Shown: piece after piece, positions 10,772 to 18,549 of the stretch
Numbering within the stretch: the first letter of the stretch is position 1
Layout: the number at the start of each line of letters is the position of its first letter
NCBI RefSeq assembly: GCF_017876815.1
Contig: NZ_JAGIOS010000001.1
Span: forward strand, 2,640,001-2,672,000
DNA length: 32,000 nt
Origin: Sinorhizobium meliloti
Lineage (GTDB): Bacteria > Pseudomonadota > Alphaproteobacteria > Rhizobiales > Rhizobiaceae
Direction: 5' to 3'
The notes under the pieces: generated by a model
What the model saw: the letters and a program-made list of their open reading frames with translations, nothing else
The model's database searches: none
Told to the model about the DNA's origin: nothing
Program-made: the position numbers and the translations under genes

Positions 10772-10920
10772 CCCCTCCCCAACCCCTTCCCACAAGGGGG
10801 AGGGGCTTAGCCTGCGGCGCCATCTTGCCCAACTCGACGTTTCCGTAAATGGCGACGCTTCGAGTGGCGGAAAGGGTGCCTCGACTAGCCCCTCCCTTGT
10901 GGGGAGGGGTTGGGGAGGGG
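10772..10920. repeat. RIME/REP-like palindromic intergenic element
   Basis: Left arm CCCCTCCCCAACCCCTTCCCACAAGGGGGAGGGGCTTAG (10772-10810). Right arm CTAGCCCCTCCCTTGTGGGGAGGGGTTGGGGAGGGG (10885-10920). The arms are near-perfect reverse complements, and each is itself a hairpin. Confidence 0.8.
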
Positions 10921-10953
10921 AATTCATTGTGAAATGAGAACAGGAAGACGATC

Positions 10954-12339
10954 ATGACGATGATCCGATGTGTTTCGCCGGTCGACGGCGAGGTTTATGC
11001 CGAGCGCCCGGCAATACCGCTGGAGATGGCGAGGCAGGCCGTGGCACATGCGCGCCTCGCGCAGAAGGCCTGGGCCAGGCGCCCGCTCGATGAGCGTGTG
11101 AAGCTGGTGCTTGCCGGCGTCGCACGCCTCAACGAAATGGTCGACGAGGTGGTGCCGGAACTCGCCTGGCAGATGGGCCGGCCGGTGCGCTATGGCGGCG
11201 AATTCAAGGGATTCAACGAGCGCTCCAATTACGTAGCCTCGATCGCGGCCGACGCGCTGAAGCCGCTCGTCGTGGAGGAGAGCGACCGCTTCGAGCGGCG
11301 CATCGCGCGCGAGCCGCATGGCGTCGTCTTCGTCATCGCTCCGTGGAACTATCCTTATATGACCGCGATCAACACGGTCGCGCCGGCGCTGATGGCCGGC
11401 AATACCGTGATCCTCAAGCACGCCAGCCAGACGATCCTCGTCGGCGAGCGCATGGTGCGCGCCTTCATAGAGGCGGGCGTTCCGGCGGACGTTTTCCAGA
11501 ATCTGTTCCTGGATCACGACACGACGGCGGCGCTGATTGCCGCCAAGAGCTTCGACTTCATCAACTTTACCGGATCGGTCGAAGGCGGCCGGTCGATCGA
11601 GCGGGCGGCGGCCGGCACCTTCACCGGCCTGGGGCTCGAGCTCGGCGGCAAGGATCCGGGCTATGTGATGGAGGATGCCGACCTCGACGCGGCCGTCGAC
11701 ACGCTGATGGACGGCGCGACCTACAATTCCGGCCAGTGCTGCTGCGGCATCGAGCGCATCTATGTGCATGAATCGCTCTATGACGCCTTTGTCGAGAAAT
11801 CGGTCGCCTGGGTTTCCAATTACAAGCTTGGCAATCCGCTCGATCCCGAGACGACGCTCGGTCCGATGGCCAACAAGCGCTTTGCGGCAACCGTGCGCAA
11901 TCAGGTCGCCGATGCGATCTCCAAGGGTGCCAGGGCGCTGATCGACCCGAAGCTCTTCCCGCAGGACGATGGCGGTGCCTATCTCGCGCCGCAGGTCCTT
12001 GTCGATGTCGATCATTCCATGGAGTTCATGCGCGAGGAGACCTTCGGGCCGGCCGTGGGCATCATGAAGGTGAAGAGCGACGCCGAGGCGATCGAATTAA
12101 TGAACGACAGCCGGTACGGTCTCACCGCGTCGCTCTGGACGAAGGATGCGGAGCGCGCCGCACGGATCGGGCGTGACCTCGAAACCGGCACGGTTTTCAT
12201 GAATCGCGCCGACTATCTCGATCCGGCGCTGTGCTGGACCGGCGTCAAGGAGACCGGCCGGGGCGGCTCGCTCTCGGTGCTGGGCTTCCACAACCTTACC
12301 CGCCCGAAATCCTATCACCTGAAGAAAGTGACCGCATGA
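10954..12339 (+). CDS. NAD(P)-dependent aldehyde dehydrogenase
   Basis: ALDH blocks VFVIAPWNYP, FTGSVEGGRSI, LELGGKDP and NSGQCCCGIERIYVHESLY (catalytic Cys), plus EETFGP. AGGAAG lies upstream of the ATG. Confidence 0.9.
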   Translation: MTMIRCVSPVDGEVYAERPAIPLEMARQAVAHARLAQKAWARRPLDERVKLVLAGVARLNEMVDEVVPELAWQMGRPVRYGGEFKGFNERSNYVASIAADALKPLVVEESDRFERRIAREPHGVVFVIAPWNYPYMTAINTVAPALMAGNTVILKHASQTILVGERMVRAFIEAGVPADVFQNLFLDHDTTAALIAAKSFDFINFTGSVEGGRSIERAAAGTFTGLGLELGGKDPGYVMEDADLDAAVDTLMDGATYNSGQCCCGIERIYVHESLYDAFVEKSVAWVSNYKLGNPLDPETTLGPMANKRFAATVRNQVADAISKGARALIDPKLFPQDDGGAYLAPQVLVDVDHSMEFMREETFGPAVGIMKVKSDAEAIELMNDSRYGLTASLWTKDAERAARIGRDLETGTVFMNRADYLDPALCWTGVKETGRGGSLSVLGFHNLTRPKSYHLKKVTA

Positions 12340-13481
12340 CCATCACCGCCAACTGGAGCTATCCGACCGCCGTCAAATTCGGCGCCGGCCGGATCAAGGA
12401 GCTTGCCGACCACTGCAAGGCGCTCGGCATCAAGAAGCCGCTGCTCGTAACGGATCGCGGACTTGCCCCGATGGCGATCACGCAGCAGGCGCTCGATATT
12501 CTGGAAGCGGGTGGCCTCGGACGGGCGATCTTCGCGGACGTCGATCCGAACCCCAACGACAGGAACCTCGAAGCCGGCGTGAAAGCGTTCCGTGACGGCG
12601 GCCATGACGGCGTCGTCGCCTTCGGCGGCGGCTCGGGCCTCGACCTCGGCAAGTGCGTCGCCTTCATGGCCGGCCAGACGCGGCCGGTCTGGGATTTCGA
12701 GGATATCGGCGACTGGTGGACCCGCGCGAGCGTCGAAGGTATCGCGCCGATCGTCGCCGTTCCGACGACCGCCGGTACCGGGTCCGAAGTGGGGCGCGCC
12801 AGCGTCATCACCAATTCGGCAAGTCACGTGAAAAAGGTGATCTTCCATCCGAAGTTTTTGCCTGGCGTCACGATCTGCGATCCGGAACTCACGGTCGGCA
12901 TGCCCAAGGTGATCACCGCCGGCACGGGCATGGATGCCTTTGCCCATTGCCTCGAAGCCTATTCGTCCCCCTTCTATCACCCGATGTCGGCCGGGATCGC
13001 GCTCGAGGGCATGCGGCTCGTCAAGGAATACCTGCCGCGCGCCTATAAGGACGGAGCGGACCTCGAAGCCCGTGCCAATATGATGAGCGCGGCGGCGATG
13101 GGGGCGGTCGCGTTCCAGAAGGGCCTCGGCGCGATCCACTCGCTGTCGCATCCCGTCGGCGCGATCTACAACACCCATCACGGCATGACCAACGCCGTGG
13201 TGATGCCCCCGGTCCTGCGGTTCAACCGCTCCGCGATCGAGGAAAAGATCGGTCGCGCCGCCGCCTATCTCGGCATTGCGGGCGGCTTCGACGGTTTCTA
13301 CGACTATGTGCTGCGGCTCCGGGAGGAACTCGGCGTACCGGACAAACTTTCCGCACTCGGGGTCGGCACGGACCGTATCGACGAGATGGCCGAGATGGCG
13401 ATCGTCGATCCGACGGCCGGCGGCAATCCCGTCGAACTGACGCTCGATGCCGCGGAAAAGCTCTTCGCAGAATGCATTTGA
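12336..13481 (+). CDS. Iron-containing (group III) alcohol dehydrogenase
   Basis: The ATG at 12336 overlaps the ALDH stop (ATGA). Motifs VVAFGGGSGLDLGK, PTTAGTGSE, GMDAFAHCLEAY and HSLSHPVGA are typical Fe-ADH. Confidence 0.9.
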   Translation: MTITANWSYPTAVKFGAGRIKELADHCKALGIKKPLLVTDRGLAPMAITQQALDILEAGGLGRAIFADVDPNPNDRNLEAGVKAFRDGGHDGVVAFGGGSGLDLGKCVAFMAGQTRPVWDFEDIGDWWTRASVEGIAPIVAVPTTAGTGSEVGRASVITNSASHVKKVIFHPKFLPGVTICDPELTVGMPKVITAGTGMDAFAHCLEAYSSPFYHPMSAGIALEGMRLVKEYLPRAYKDGADLEARANMMSAAAMGAVAFQKGLGAIHSLSHPVGAIYNTHHGMTNAVVMPPVLRFNRSAIEEKIGRAAAYLGIAGGFDGFYDYVLRLREELGVPDKLSALGVGTDRIDEMAEMAIVDPTAGGNPVELTLDAAEKLFAECI

Positions 13482-13505
13482 CGGGAGCCGTCGTTAATTT
13501 TTTCA

Positions 13506-13537
13506 AGCCCGGAAACCCATGTTTTCCGGGCTTTTTC
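13506..13537 (+). terminator. Rho-independent terminator after the alcohol dehydrogenase gene
   Basis: AGCCCGGAAA cccatgt TTTCCGGGCT followed by TTTTT. A 10-bp perfect stem. Confidence 0.75.
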
Positions 13538-13572
13538 GTTGCCCTTCAATGGAAAATGCGTCCTCCGGTTAA

Positions 13573-13589
13573 CTTTTGGGGGCCAAAAG
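13573..13589. repeat. Perfect palindrome CTTTTGG-GGG-CCAAAAG next to an AT-rich stretch (candidate att core-type site)
   Basis: Read directly. It sits between the host terminator and the arm-type repeats, and is followed by the AT-rich 13595-13640. Confidence 0.3.
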
Positions 13590-13638
13590 TTTCCATTTCG
13601 GAGTATATGTTTGTAATGAATTCAATAAGTTATTGGCT

Positions 13639-13683
13639 GGTTTCCAAAAGGTTTCCAAATTCCGGTTTCCAACCGGTTTCCAA
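13639..13683 (+). repeat. Four tandem direct repeats GGTTTCCAA (candidate integrase arm-type binding sites, P'-arm of attL)
   Basis: Copies at 13639-13647, 13650-13658, 13665-13673 and 13675-13683, plus a degenerate AGTTTCCAT at 13589-13597. The array ends 2 nt before the int stop codon. Confidence 0.55.
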
Positions 13684-13685
13684 GT

Positions 13686-14849
13686 TTATTTTTTATTGCT
13701 GACGATCAAGCGAGGCTTGCGGCGCGCCGTCTCCATTGCGGAGACCTTATCCATGGCCTGAATGGCCAGCCGGGCCTGCGATGCCTTGCGCGTATAAAGC
13801 TCGGCATATGCGATATTGCGGTGCCCGAGGGTGTCCATGATCTGGCGGGTGGATGCGTCGGCTTCGGCCAGCTTTACCCCGAGCGACTTGCGGAGCCCAT
13901 GCATCGTGTAGCCGGGCGGAATTCCCGCTTTCTCGCACCATTCGGCCATGGCGATAGTGAGCGTGATATCTGCATAGAACCACCCGCGCTTTTTCGATTT
14001 CAGCTGCTTTTTCAAGACCGGCCCTTCCGGGTCGCGTTCCAGCGGCGCCAACTCGGTCGCGAGCATCGGCGTCATGGGCAGGAACATTGCCTCGCCTTTT
14101 TTCTTGCGGCCCTTCCATTGGACGAATTCAAAGCCTTCGTATTCGCACAACGTCCCATCGATCATGATCTGCTTGACGGTGTAGTGCGACCAGCTAAGGC
14201 GGGCCACATCACTGACGCGGTTGCCAAGCCATAACGCCAGAGCATAAGCGGTGCGCGGTCGGCTCCCTATCGGCCACTTCGCCTCGAATTTCGCCATGAT
14301 GTCCGCAGGCCAAGGGTGGTGGCCTTGCGTCGGTGTGTTCTTCTTCAATCGATAGGTCGGGTCGTGCTTAATCCATTCTTGATCGAGAGCGATCATGGTC
14401 AGCTTTTTCATGCAGATCAGCGCCGTGCGCGCCATATGCGTCGGGAAATGCTTGAGGATGTTTTTGACGTGGGCGCGCTCCAGATCGGCGAAGGGGCCGT
14501 CTCCGATGGTGCTGTTATTGCCGGCGGGAAGGTCCAAAATCCGCTCGATCGTCCGCGCATAAGTCGCCTGCGTTTTCAGTGGATCGAGCGCGAGCCATTC
14601 ATCCTCTTGCTTGAGAAGCTGATAGGCGGCCTTGAGGCTGCGCGGCGCGGCGGCCTTTGGGTGCCGGATGACATCGGCGTTCGGAAGCGCCCGGCCTTCA
14701 ATGATCGCGCTGTAGGCAGCATCAAACTCGGGCGTGTGCGGCTCGCCCGGCATCATCGCTTCTTTCCCTTTCCGGCGATAGCGCCACAGCGTCTTGCCGT
14801 GCCGCGTGACCATCGGGGATACGCCGGGGTAATCAGGATGCTGCGCCAT
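13686..14849 (-). CDS. int: Tyrosine recombinase / phage integrase
   Basis: The C-terminal catalytic region ...HGLRKSLGVKLAEADASTRQIMDTLGHRNIAYAELYTRKA shows the R..H-x-x-R..Y pattern. The N-terminus GKTLWRYRRKGKE resembles an arm-binding domain. Confidence 0.9.
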   Translation of the reverse strand: MAQHPDYPGVSPMVTRHGKTLWRYRRKGKEAMMPGEPHTPEFDAAYSAIIEGRALPNADVIRHPKAAAPRSLKAAYQLLKQEDEWLALDPLKTQATYARTIERILDLPAGNNSTIGDGPFADLERAHVKNILKHFPTHMARTALICMKKLTMIALDQEWIKHDPTYRLKKNTPTQGHHPWPADIMAKFEAKWPIGSRPRTAYALALWLGNRVSDVARLSWSHYTVKQIMIDGTLCEYEGFEFVQWKGRKKKGEAMFLPMTPMLATELAPLERDPEGPVLKKQLKSKKRGWFYADITLTIAMAEWCEKAGIPPGYTMHGLRKSLGVKLAEADASTRQIMDTLGHRNIAYAELYTRKASQARLAIQAMDKVSAMETARRKPRLIVSNKK

Positions 14850-15069
14850 TTCGCCCCTCCAGCCGATCGGCGATCCACACCTTAATCAGCGCTTGCCGGG
14901 TGATCCCCAAGCGCTGCGCCTCTTGGTCCAATTTCCCAACCACCCACGAAGGGAAATCGACATTGACGCGATGGGGCTCCAGATTGGGGCGCTGCGCCTT
15001 ATCCCAATCAACCGCGTCGGTGATATCCTCGCCGGCATCAAAGCGCCGGTCAAATTCAGAGGCTTTCAT
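14833..15069 (-). CDS. brnA: BrnA-family antitoxin (ribbon-helix-helix)
   Basis: MKASEFDRRFDAGEDITDAVDWDKA...VNVDFPSWVVGKLDQEAQRLGITRQALIKVWIADRL is typical BrnA. It overlaps brnT by 14 nt and the int start by 17 nt. Confidence 0.8.
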   Translation of the reverse strand: MKASEFDRRFDAGEDITDAVDWDKAQRPNLEPHRVNVDFPSWVVGKLDQEAQRLGITRQALIKVWIADRLEGRNGAAS

Positions 15070-15319
15070 AGTGCTCTATCTCCTGTTTCCGGGCGCGGCG
15101 CACCGAAATGATCCGAATGGCTGTGCCACGATAGGTGAAAACCGCTGTCCAGTGCTTGCCGCCGATCTGGCCTATTGCCAGAAAGCGGGGCTCATCTTCG
15201 GTTTTCGCAGGGACTTCCAACAGCCGTTCATCGAGCCAGAGGGCCTGCGCGGCATCAAAGTCGATGCCGTGCTTTTCAAGGTTCGTGGCGCTCTTGGGTG
15301 GGTCAAATTCGAAGTCCAT
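15056..15319 (-). CDS. brnT: BrnT-family toxin (DUF497 ribonuclease)
   Basis: MDFEFDPPKSATNLEKHGIDFDAAQALW...RFLAIGQIGGKHWTAVFTYRGTAIRIISVRRARKQEIEHY has the DUF497/BrnT layout. Confidence 0.8.
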   Translation of the reverse strand: MDFEFDPPKSATNLEKHGIDFDAAQALWLDERLLEVPAKTEDEPRFLAIGQIGGKHWTAVFTYRGTAIRIISVRRARKQEIEHYESL

Positions 15320-15384
15320 GGCCGGACGTTAGGATAGAAAATATATTCGTTCAATGGGTATTTCGCAACCTACCGGCGGCCCAA

Positions 15385-15633
15385 TCACTGCCGCTTGGTC
15401 GCCGCTGCGCGGTCGAAGAAATTCTCCTGACCTTCCTCGGGAAGTTCCGAAAACGCCACGTCCAGTGCGACGCGATCCCATACCGTGCGCCCGTCAAGGC
15501 GCTTCGGCTTCGGCATGCGTCGGTCGGCCACCAACTGATCGAACTTGCTTAGGCCGACGCCGATATAGCGGGCGGCCTCCTCACGGTTAAGACCGCGAGG
15601 CGGGTAAGAGATGGGGTCTGATTTGAGCGTCAT
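15385..15633 (-). CDS. xis: Excisionase / AlpA-like HTH DNA-binding protein
   Basis: GLNREEAARYIGVGLSKFDQLVADRRMPKPKRLDGRTVWDRVALDVAF is the MerR-type excisionase-family motif. Its position next to int supports the call. Confidence 0.7.
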   Translation of the reverse strand: MTLKSDPISYPPRGLNREEAARYIGVGLSKFDQLVADRRMPKPKRLDGRTVWDRVALDVAFSELPEEGQENFFDRAAATKRQ

Positions 15634-15827
15634 AGCGGCAAGCTCGTTTGCAACTCCTCCTCACAGGCCCACCGCAAATAGTCGTCGGCGATGGCCTGCA
15701 TAACTTCGATTTCACGCTCGGCGGATTGCTGCCGCATGCGGCCCTCGGCGACGAGCCGGGAATAGACCCACCGCCGCTGCTTGACTTCGCGGGCGGCGCA
15801 ATTGGCTTTCTCGCGGGTGGTAATCAT
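15630..15827 (-). CDS. Hypothetical phage early protein (65 aa)
   Basis: Track ORF. ATGA overlaps at both ends (15630 and 15824) place it in the start/stop-overlapping leftward operon. No recognised motif. Confidence 0.55.
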   Translation of the reverse strand: MITTREKANCAAREVKQRRWVYSRLVAEGRMRQQSAEREIEVMQAIADDYLRWACEEELQTSLPL

Positions 15828-16093
15828 TGGCGCGTCATCTCCCTATCCGGGTGCCCTTCCGGGCCGAAAAGGATCATTTCATTGACGGGGATCAGGTCGC
15901 CGACATTTGCAATAAGGGCGTCGAGCATCTTCTTGCGGAGATTAGGCGACCAGCCGGCAATGAAGGTGGCGACCAGATCGGCAAGCACGACGCTTTGGAC
16001 CTCGGCCGGGTGGCCGGCCAGAAGAGGCTTAATAGCCTCCACGATCAAATTGACCTGATCGCAAATTTTAGCGGCTTCTTCCTGCGTCACCAT
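15824..16093 (-). CDS. Hypothetical phage early protein (89 aa)
   Basis: Track ORF 15824..16435, trimmed to the ATG at 16093 (MVTQEEAAKICDQVNLIVEAIKPLL...). The upstream 114 codons are Arg/Pro-rich shadow sequence overlapping the next gene. Confidence 0.55.
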   Translation of the reverse strand: MVTQEEAAKICDQVNLIVEAIKPLLAGHPAEVQSVVLADLVATFIAGWSPNLRKKMLDALIANVGDLIPVNEMILFGPEGHPDREMTRQ

Positions 16094-16859
16094 TGCCTTG
16101 CTCCTTTGGCTTGGCGGCCAGCGCATCGAGATAGCGGGTCGCCTCCGGGCCTTTGATATCGCCTCGGATAAGCTGTTCCGCCGTTCGGCAGCACGCCTCA
16201 ACAAAGGCGATATCGTCGGGCAATTGTTGCACGCACGCCGCCTTGACGGTTGGGGCGAGGTTTTCGAGCTTCCACTGCGCCGAGGTTTCCTCATCGGTCG
16301 CGAATTGCAGAAACTTCGCGATGCATTCGTCACGATGCGGGGTGGCAGCGGCGGCGGGGTTGCCTTCAGGATTGGGGGATTCGCCACCGCCGCTGCCTGC
16401 GTCGGCCTCGCTGGAGGATGAGGCCGGCGGTTCATCGTCGCCGGGATCGGGCGACTCCTTGGAAAGCGTCTCGGGATCGATGCCAGTCACGCGCTGCAAA
16501 TAGAGCATGGCGTCTTCGTAGAATTCCTCAAATTCGGGCTCTGTCAGATCATTCAGGCTGCGCGGGTACATGATCCGCACGTTGCCGGCCGTGCCGCCGT
16601 CGTCCATCAGCCCGAACGTCCGCTTTATCGCGTTCGCGGCGTCCTTGACGGTGCGCCAGGGCGTGTTGCAATTCCTAATGACGAGTCCGAGGATCGCCCA
16701 AAATTTGCGGCGCTTCTTGCTTTGCGGATCGGTGATCGGCTGGACGAACATCGTCGTGCCATGCCGGTACGACTCGAGCCTTTCGGCGGAAAAGGCATCG
16801 GCCGGCGTCAGCTTGCCGGGGCCGACTGTCAGTCGGAGCGGGGGGATATCGTTCTTCAT
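16068..16859 (-). CDS. Phage protein with a DUF1367-like N-terminal domain, acidic/Gly linker and unknown C-terminal domain
   Basis: LRLTVGPGKLTPADAFSAERLESYRHGTTMFVQPITDPQSKKRRKFWAILGLVIRNC resembles DUF1367 phage proteins. This is by-eye recognition only. Confidence 0.6.
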   Translation of the reverse strand: MKNDIPPLRLTVGPGKLTPADAFSAERLESYRHGTTMFVQPITDPQSKKRRKFWAILGLVIRNCNTPWRTVKDAANAIKRTFGLMDDGGTAGNVRIMYPRSLNDLTEPEFEEFYEDAMLYLQRVTGIDPETLSKESPDPGDDEPPASSSSEADAGSGGGESPNPEGNPAAAATPHRDECIAKFLQFATDEETSAQWKLENLAPTVKAACVQQLPDDIAFVEACCRTAEQLIRGDIKGPEATRYLDALAAKPKEQGNGDAGRSR

Positions 16860-17026
16860 TGCTCTATTCCCATCAATCGCCGTGAGAACCGCGAATAGGT
16901 CGCGCCCATCCTCTGGTAGATCAGGCGGTCGGCGTCGCGGTCGCTTTCCACCGCTTTTTCATAATTGAGGGCGGCGAGGCGCTGGTATTGCTCGGCGCGC
17001 CACAATTGCTCCTCGTCCTTCGTCAT
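16856..17026 (-). CDS. Hypothetical small phage protein (56 aa, below the ORF-track cutoff)
   Basis: The reverse complement reads MTKDEEQLWRAEQYQRLAALNYEKAVESDRDADRLIYQRMGATYSRFSRRLMGIEQ*. ATGA overlaps with both neighbours (17023-17026 and 16856-16859). Confidence 0.5.
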   Translation of the reverse strand: MTKDEEQLWRAEQYQRLAALNYEKAVESDRDADRLIYQRMGATYSRFSRRLMGIEQ

Positions 17027-17535
17027 GCCGGCACCCGATCGGCCAGCAGGGCGTCAAAGCGTTTCCGCATGCGCTTGAGTTCCGACATCGCCCCGCGCCC
17101 GTCGCGCTTGGCGACCTCCTCTAGATGGGGAATGCCCGAGGCGATGGACGCCTCGATTTCGGCGCGGGTCGCGGCGCGTCCGCGTGCGTAGAATTCCAGC
17201 CCTTCCGGCTCGCCGACGAAGAACAGGACGCCGTTTGAAACCTGCATCAGGCTATAGAAGCGCGTCACCCAAATCGCGGTCACGCCGGGATTGCGCTCAA
17301 TCATGATCCCGGCGACCTCGCGGGCCTCGGGCAGATCGCGCTCGCGGCGCCGGGCGTCGGGATTGGAAAGAAAGGGGCATGCCTTGGCGGCAAAGACCGC
17401 GCATTCGTAATGCGACGGCGGCTCGGCCGATACCCGGTTTATGCAGCACATCGGGCCGAGGGCAAACGCCTTGCGGGTGCCCATCACATCGCCGCAAAGC
17501 CAGCAAAGGTTCTTCGCGGCAGCTGACGTAATCAT
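17023..17535 (-). CDS. Hypothetical Cys/His-rich phage protein (170 aa)
   Basis: Track ORF trimmed to the ATG at 17535 (GGAG 8 nt upstream). Contains CWLCG...PMCCIN...HYECAVFAAKACPF, a possible metal-binding cluster. No family recognised. Confidence 0.55.
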   Translation of the reverse strand: MITSAAAKNLCWLCGDVMGTRKAFALGPMCCINRVSAEPPSHYECAVFAAKACPFLSNPDARRRERDLPEAREVAGIMIERNPGVTAIWVTRFYSLMQVSNGVLFFVGEPEGLEFYARGRAATRAEIEASIASGIPHLEEVAKRDGRGAMSELKRMRKRFDALLADRVPA

Positions 17536-17598
17536 AATATTGCTCCGGGTCCTGCGCGGCGATCCAATCAATCAGGGCGCCATTGTCGAACGTCGGCC

Positions 17599-18549
17599 TC
17601 ATTTCCCATCCTCCTTTTCCAGATCGCGCAGCCGGCGCGCTTTGATCTTCTGGCAAATCTCTTGATCAAGGTCGGAGCCTTCGAACCGCGCCATCGGGTC
17701 AAGCTCTGTCCAGATTTCCTCCACGCTGGCGGCGTCTTTCGCCTCGGCCAGCCGGTCGCGCAGTTCGTCAAAGAATTCCGCGTCCGGGGTGGAGTCGGCA
17801 TCGACGCCGCCTATTTCCTCGCGATCGGGGTCGGGCTCGTCATCAAGGGGGGAGGCCGAGTCTACCGGCGGCTGCCCGGTCCCGGACTCGACCTCCGTCG
17901 CATCGCCCTGCGCCGTCTGGATTTTTTCACCAGCAGGGCTCTGCTGACCTATGCGCGGCGCGCGCGGCGCTGGCGGCAATAGGGCAATGTTCTGATCTTC
18001 GGCGATCCGCCGGCCCTCGTCCTCGTCGTAGATGCCGGCAAAGCCGAAGGCATAGCGGGCGCATTGCATCAGCGCCTTGTGGCGCAACATGCGGTGCTTC
18101 ATCTTCCACGGTTCGGTGTCGCGCCAGCACTCGGCGAGGTATTCGGTGACGGCGGTCGGGTGGCTTCGGTCCTTGCGATGCATGATGCATGTGCAAGAAA
18201 TCGGATCGCCGTTGGCATCGCGCTCCCACGTGAATTCAAAGCCGTCGCAAGCCGGGTGCGAATTGACGAGGTTGATCCACCCGTCAATCGAGACGATCGG
18301 CACGACGCCGCCGCCGCGCTTCGGATAGGCGAAAATCTCGCGGGTTAGCGGATTGAGATCGTATTTCTTGGCGACCAGCAGGAAGGCGGCAAACTCCTCG
18401 CGGGTCAGCGGACGGAATTGCTCGCCCTTCTTTGGGGTCGGCGAGCATTGCGCCCGCACCGTCATTTCGAAGGCATCGGCCTCCATGCCGAAGTGCGCGG
18501 CCATATCGACAAGCACAGACCGGCGCGGCGCTTTTGCAAGCTGGTTCAT
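17599..18549 (-). CDS. recT: RecT/Bet-family single-strand annealing recombinase
   Basis: ...LTREEFAAFLLVAKKYDLNPLTREIFAYP...VPIVSIDGWINLVN...HRMLRHKALMQCARYAFGFAGIYDEDE matches conserved RecT blocks. Acidic C-terminal tail. Confidence 0.85.
   Translation of the reverse strand: MNQLAKAPRRSVLVDMAAHFGMEADAFEMTVRAQCSPTPKKGEQFRPLTREEFAAFLLVAKKYDLNPLTREIFAYPKRGGGVVPIVSIDGWINLVNSHPACDGFEFTWERDANGDPISCTCIMHRKDRSHPTAVTEYLAECWRDTEPWKMKHRMLRHKALMQCARYAFGFAGIYDEDEGRRIAEDQNIALLPPAPRAPRIGQQSPAGEKIQTAQGDATEVESGTGQPPVDSASPLDDEPDPDREEIGGVDADSTPDAEFFDELRDRLAEAKDAASVEEIWTELDPMARFEGSDLDQEICQKIKARRLRDLEKEDGK

Noticed and set aside
10464-10955. 163-aa minus-strand ORF spanning the palindromic repeat (contains PLPLVGRGWGGV)
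   Set aside because: The conserved-looking peptide is just the translation of the G/C-rich repeat arms. The rest overlaps the GS-like gene antisense.
7755-13181. Long minus-strand ORFs 7755..8534, 9860..10678, 10924..12015 and 12315..13181
   Set aside because: They lie antisense to the well-supported permease, GS-like, ALDH and Fe-ADH genes, and no motifs are recognisable.
13482-13685. Expected a tRNA or tmRNA gene as the integration target next to the integrase
   Set aside because: No cloverleaf-compatible sequence is present (no GTTCGAATC-like T-arm or acceptor pairing). Only a terminator, a palindrome and direct repeats are there.
15824-16435. Full 203-aa version of the ORF
   Set aside because: The first 114 codons are Pro/Arg-rich and overlap the DUF1367-like gene in another frame. 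The internal ATG at 16093 gives a sensible 89-aa protein.
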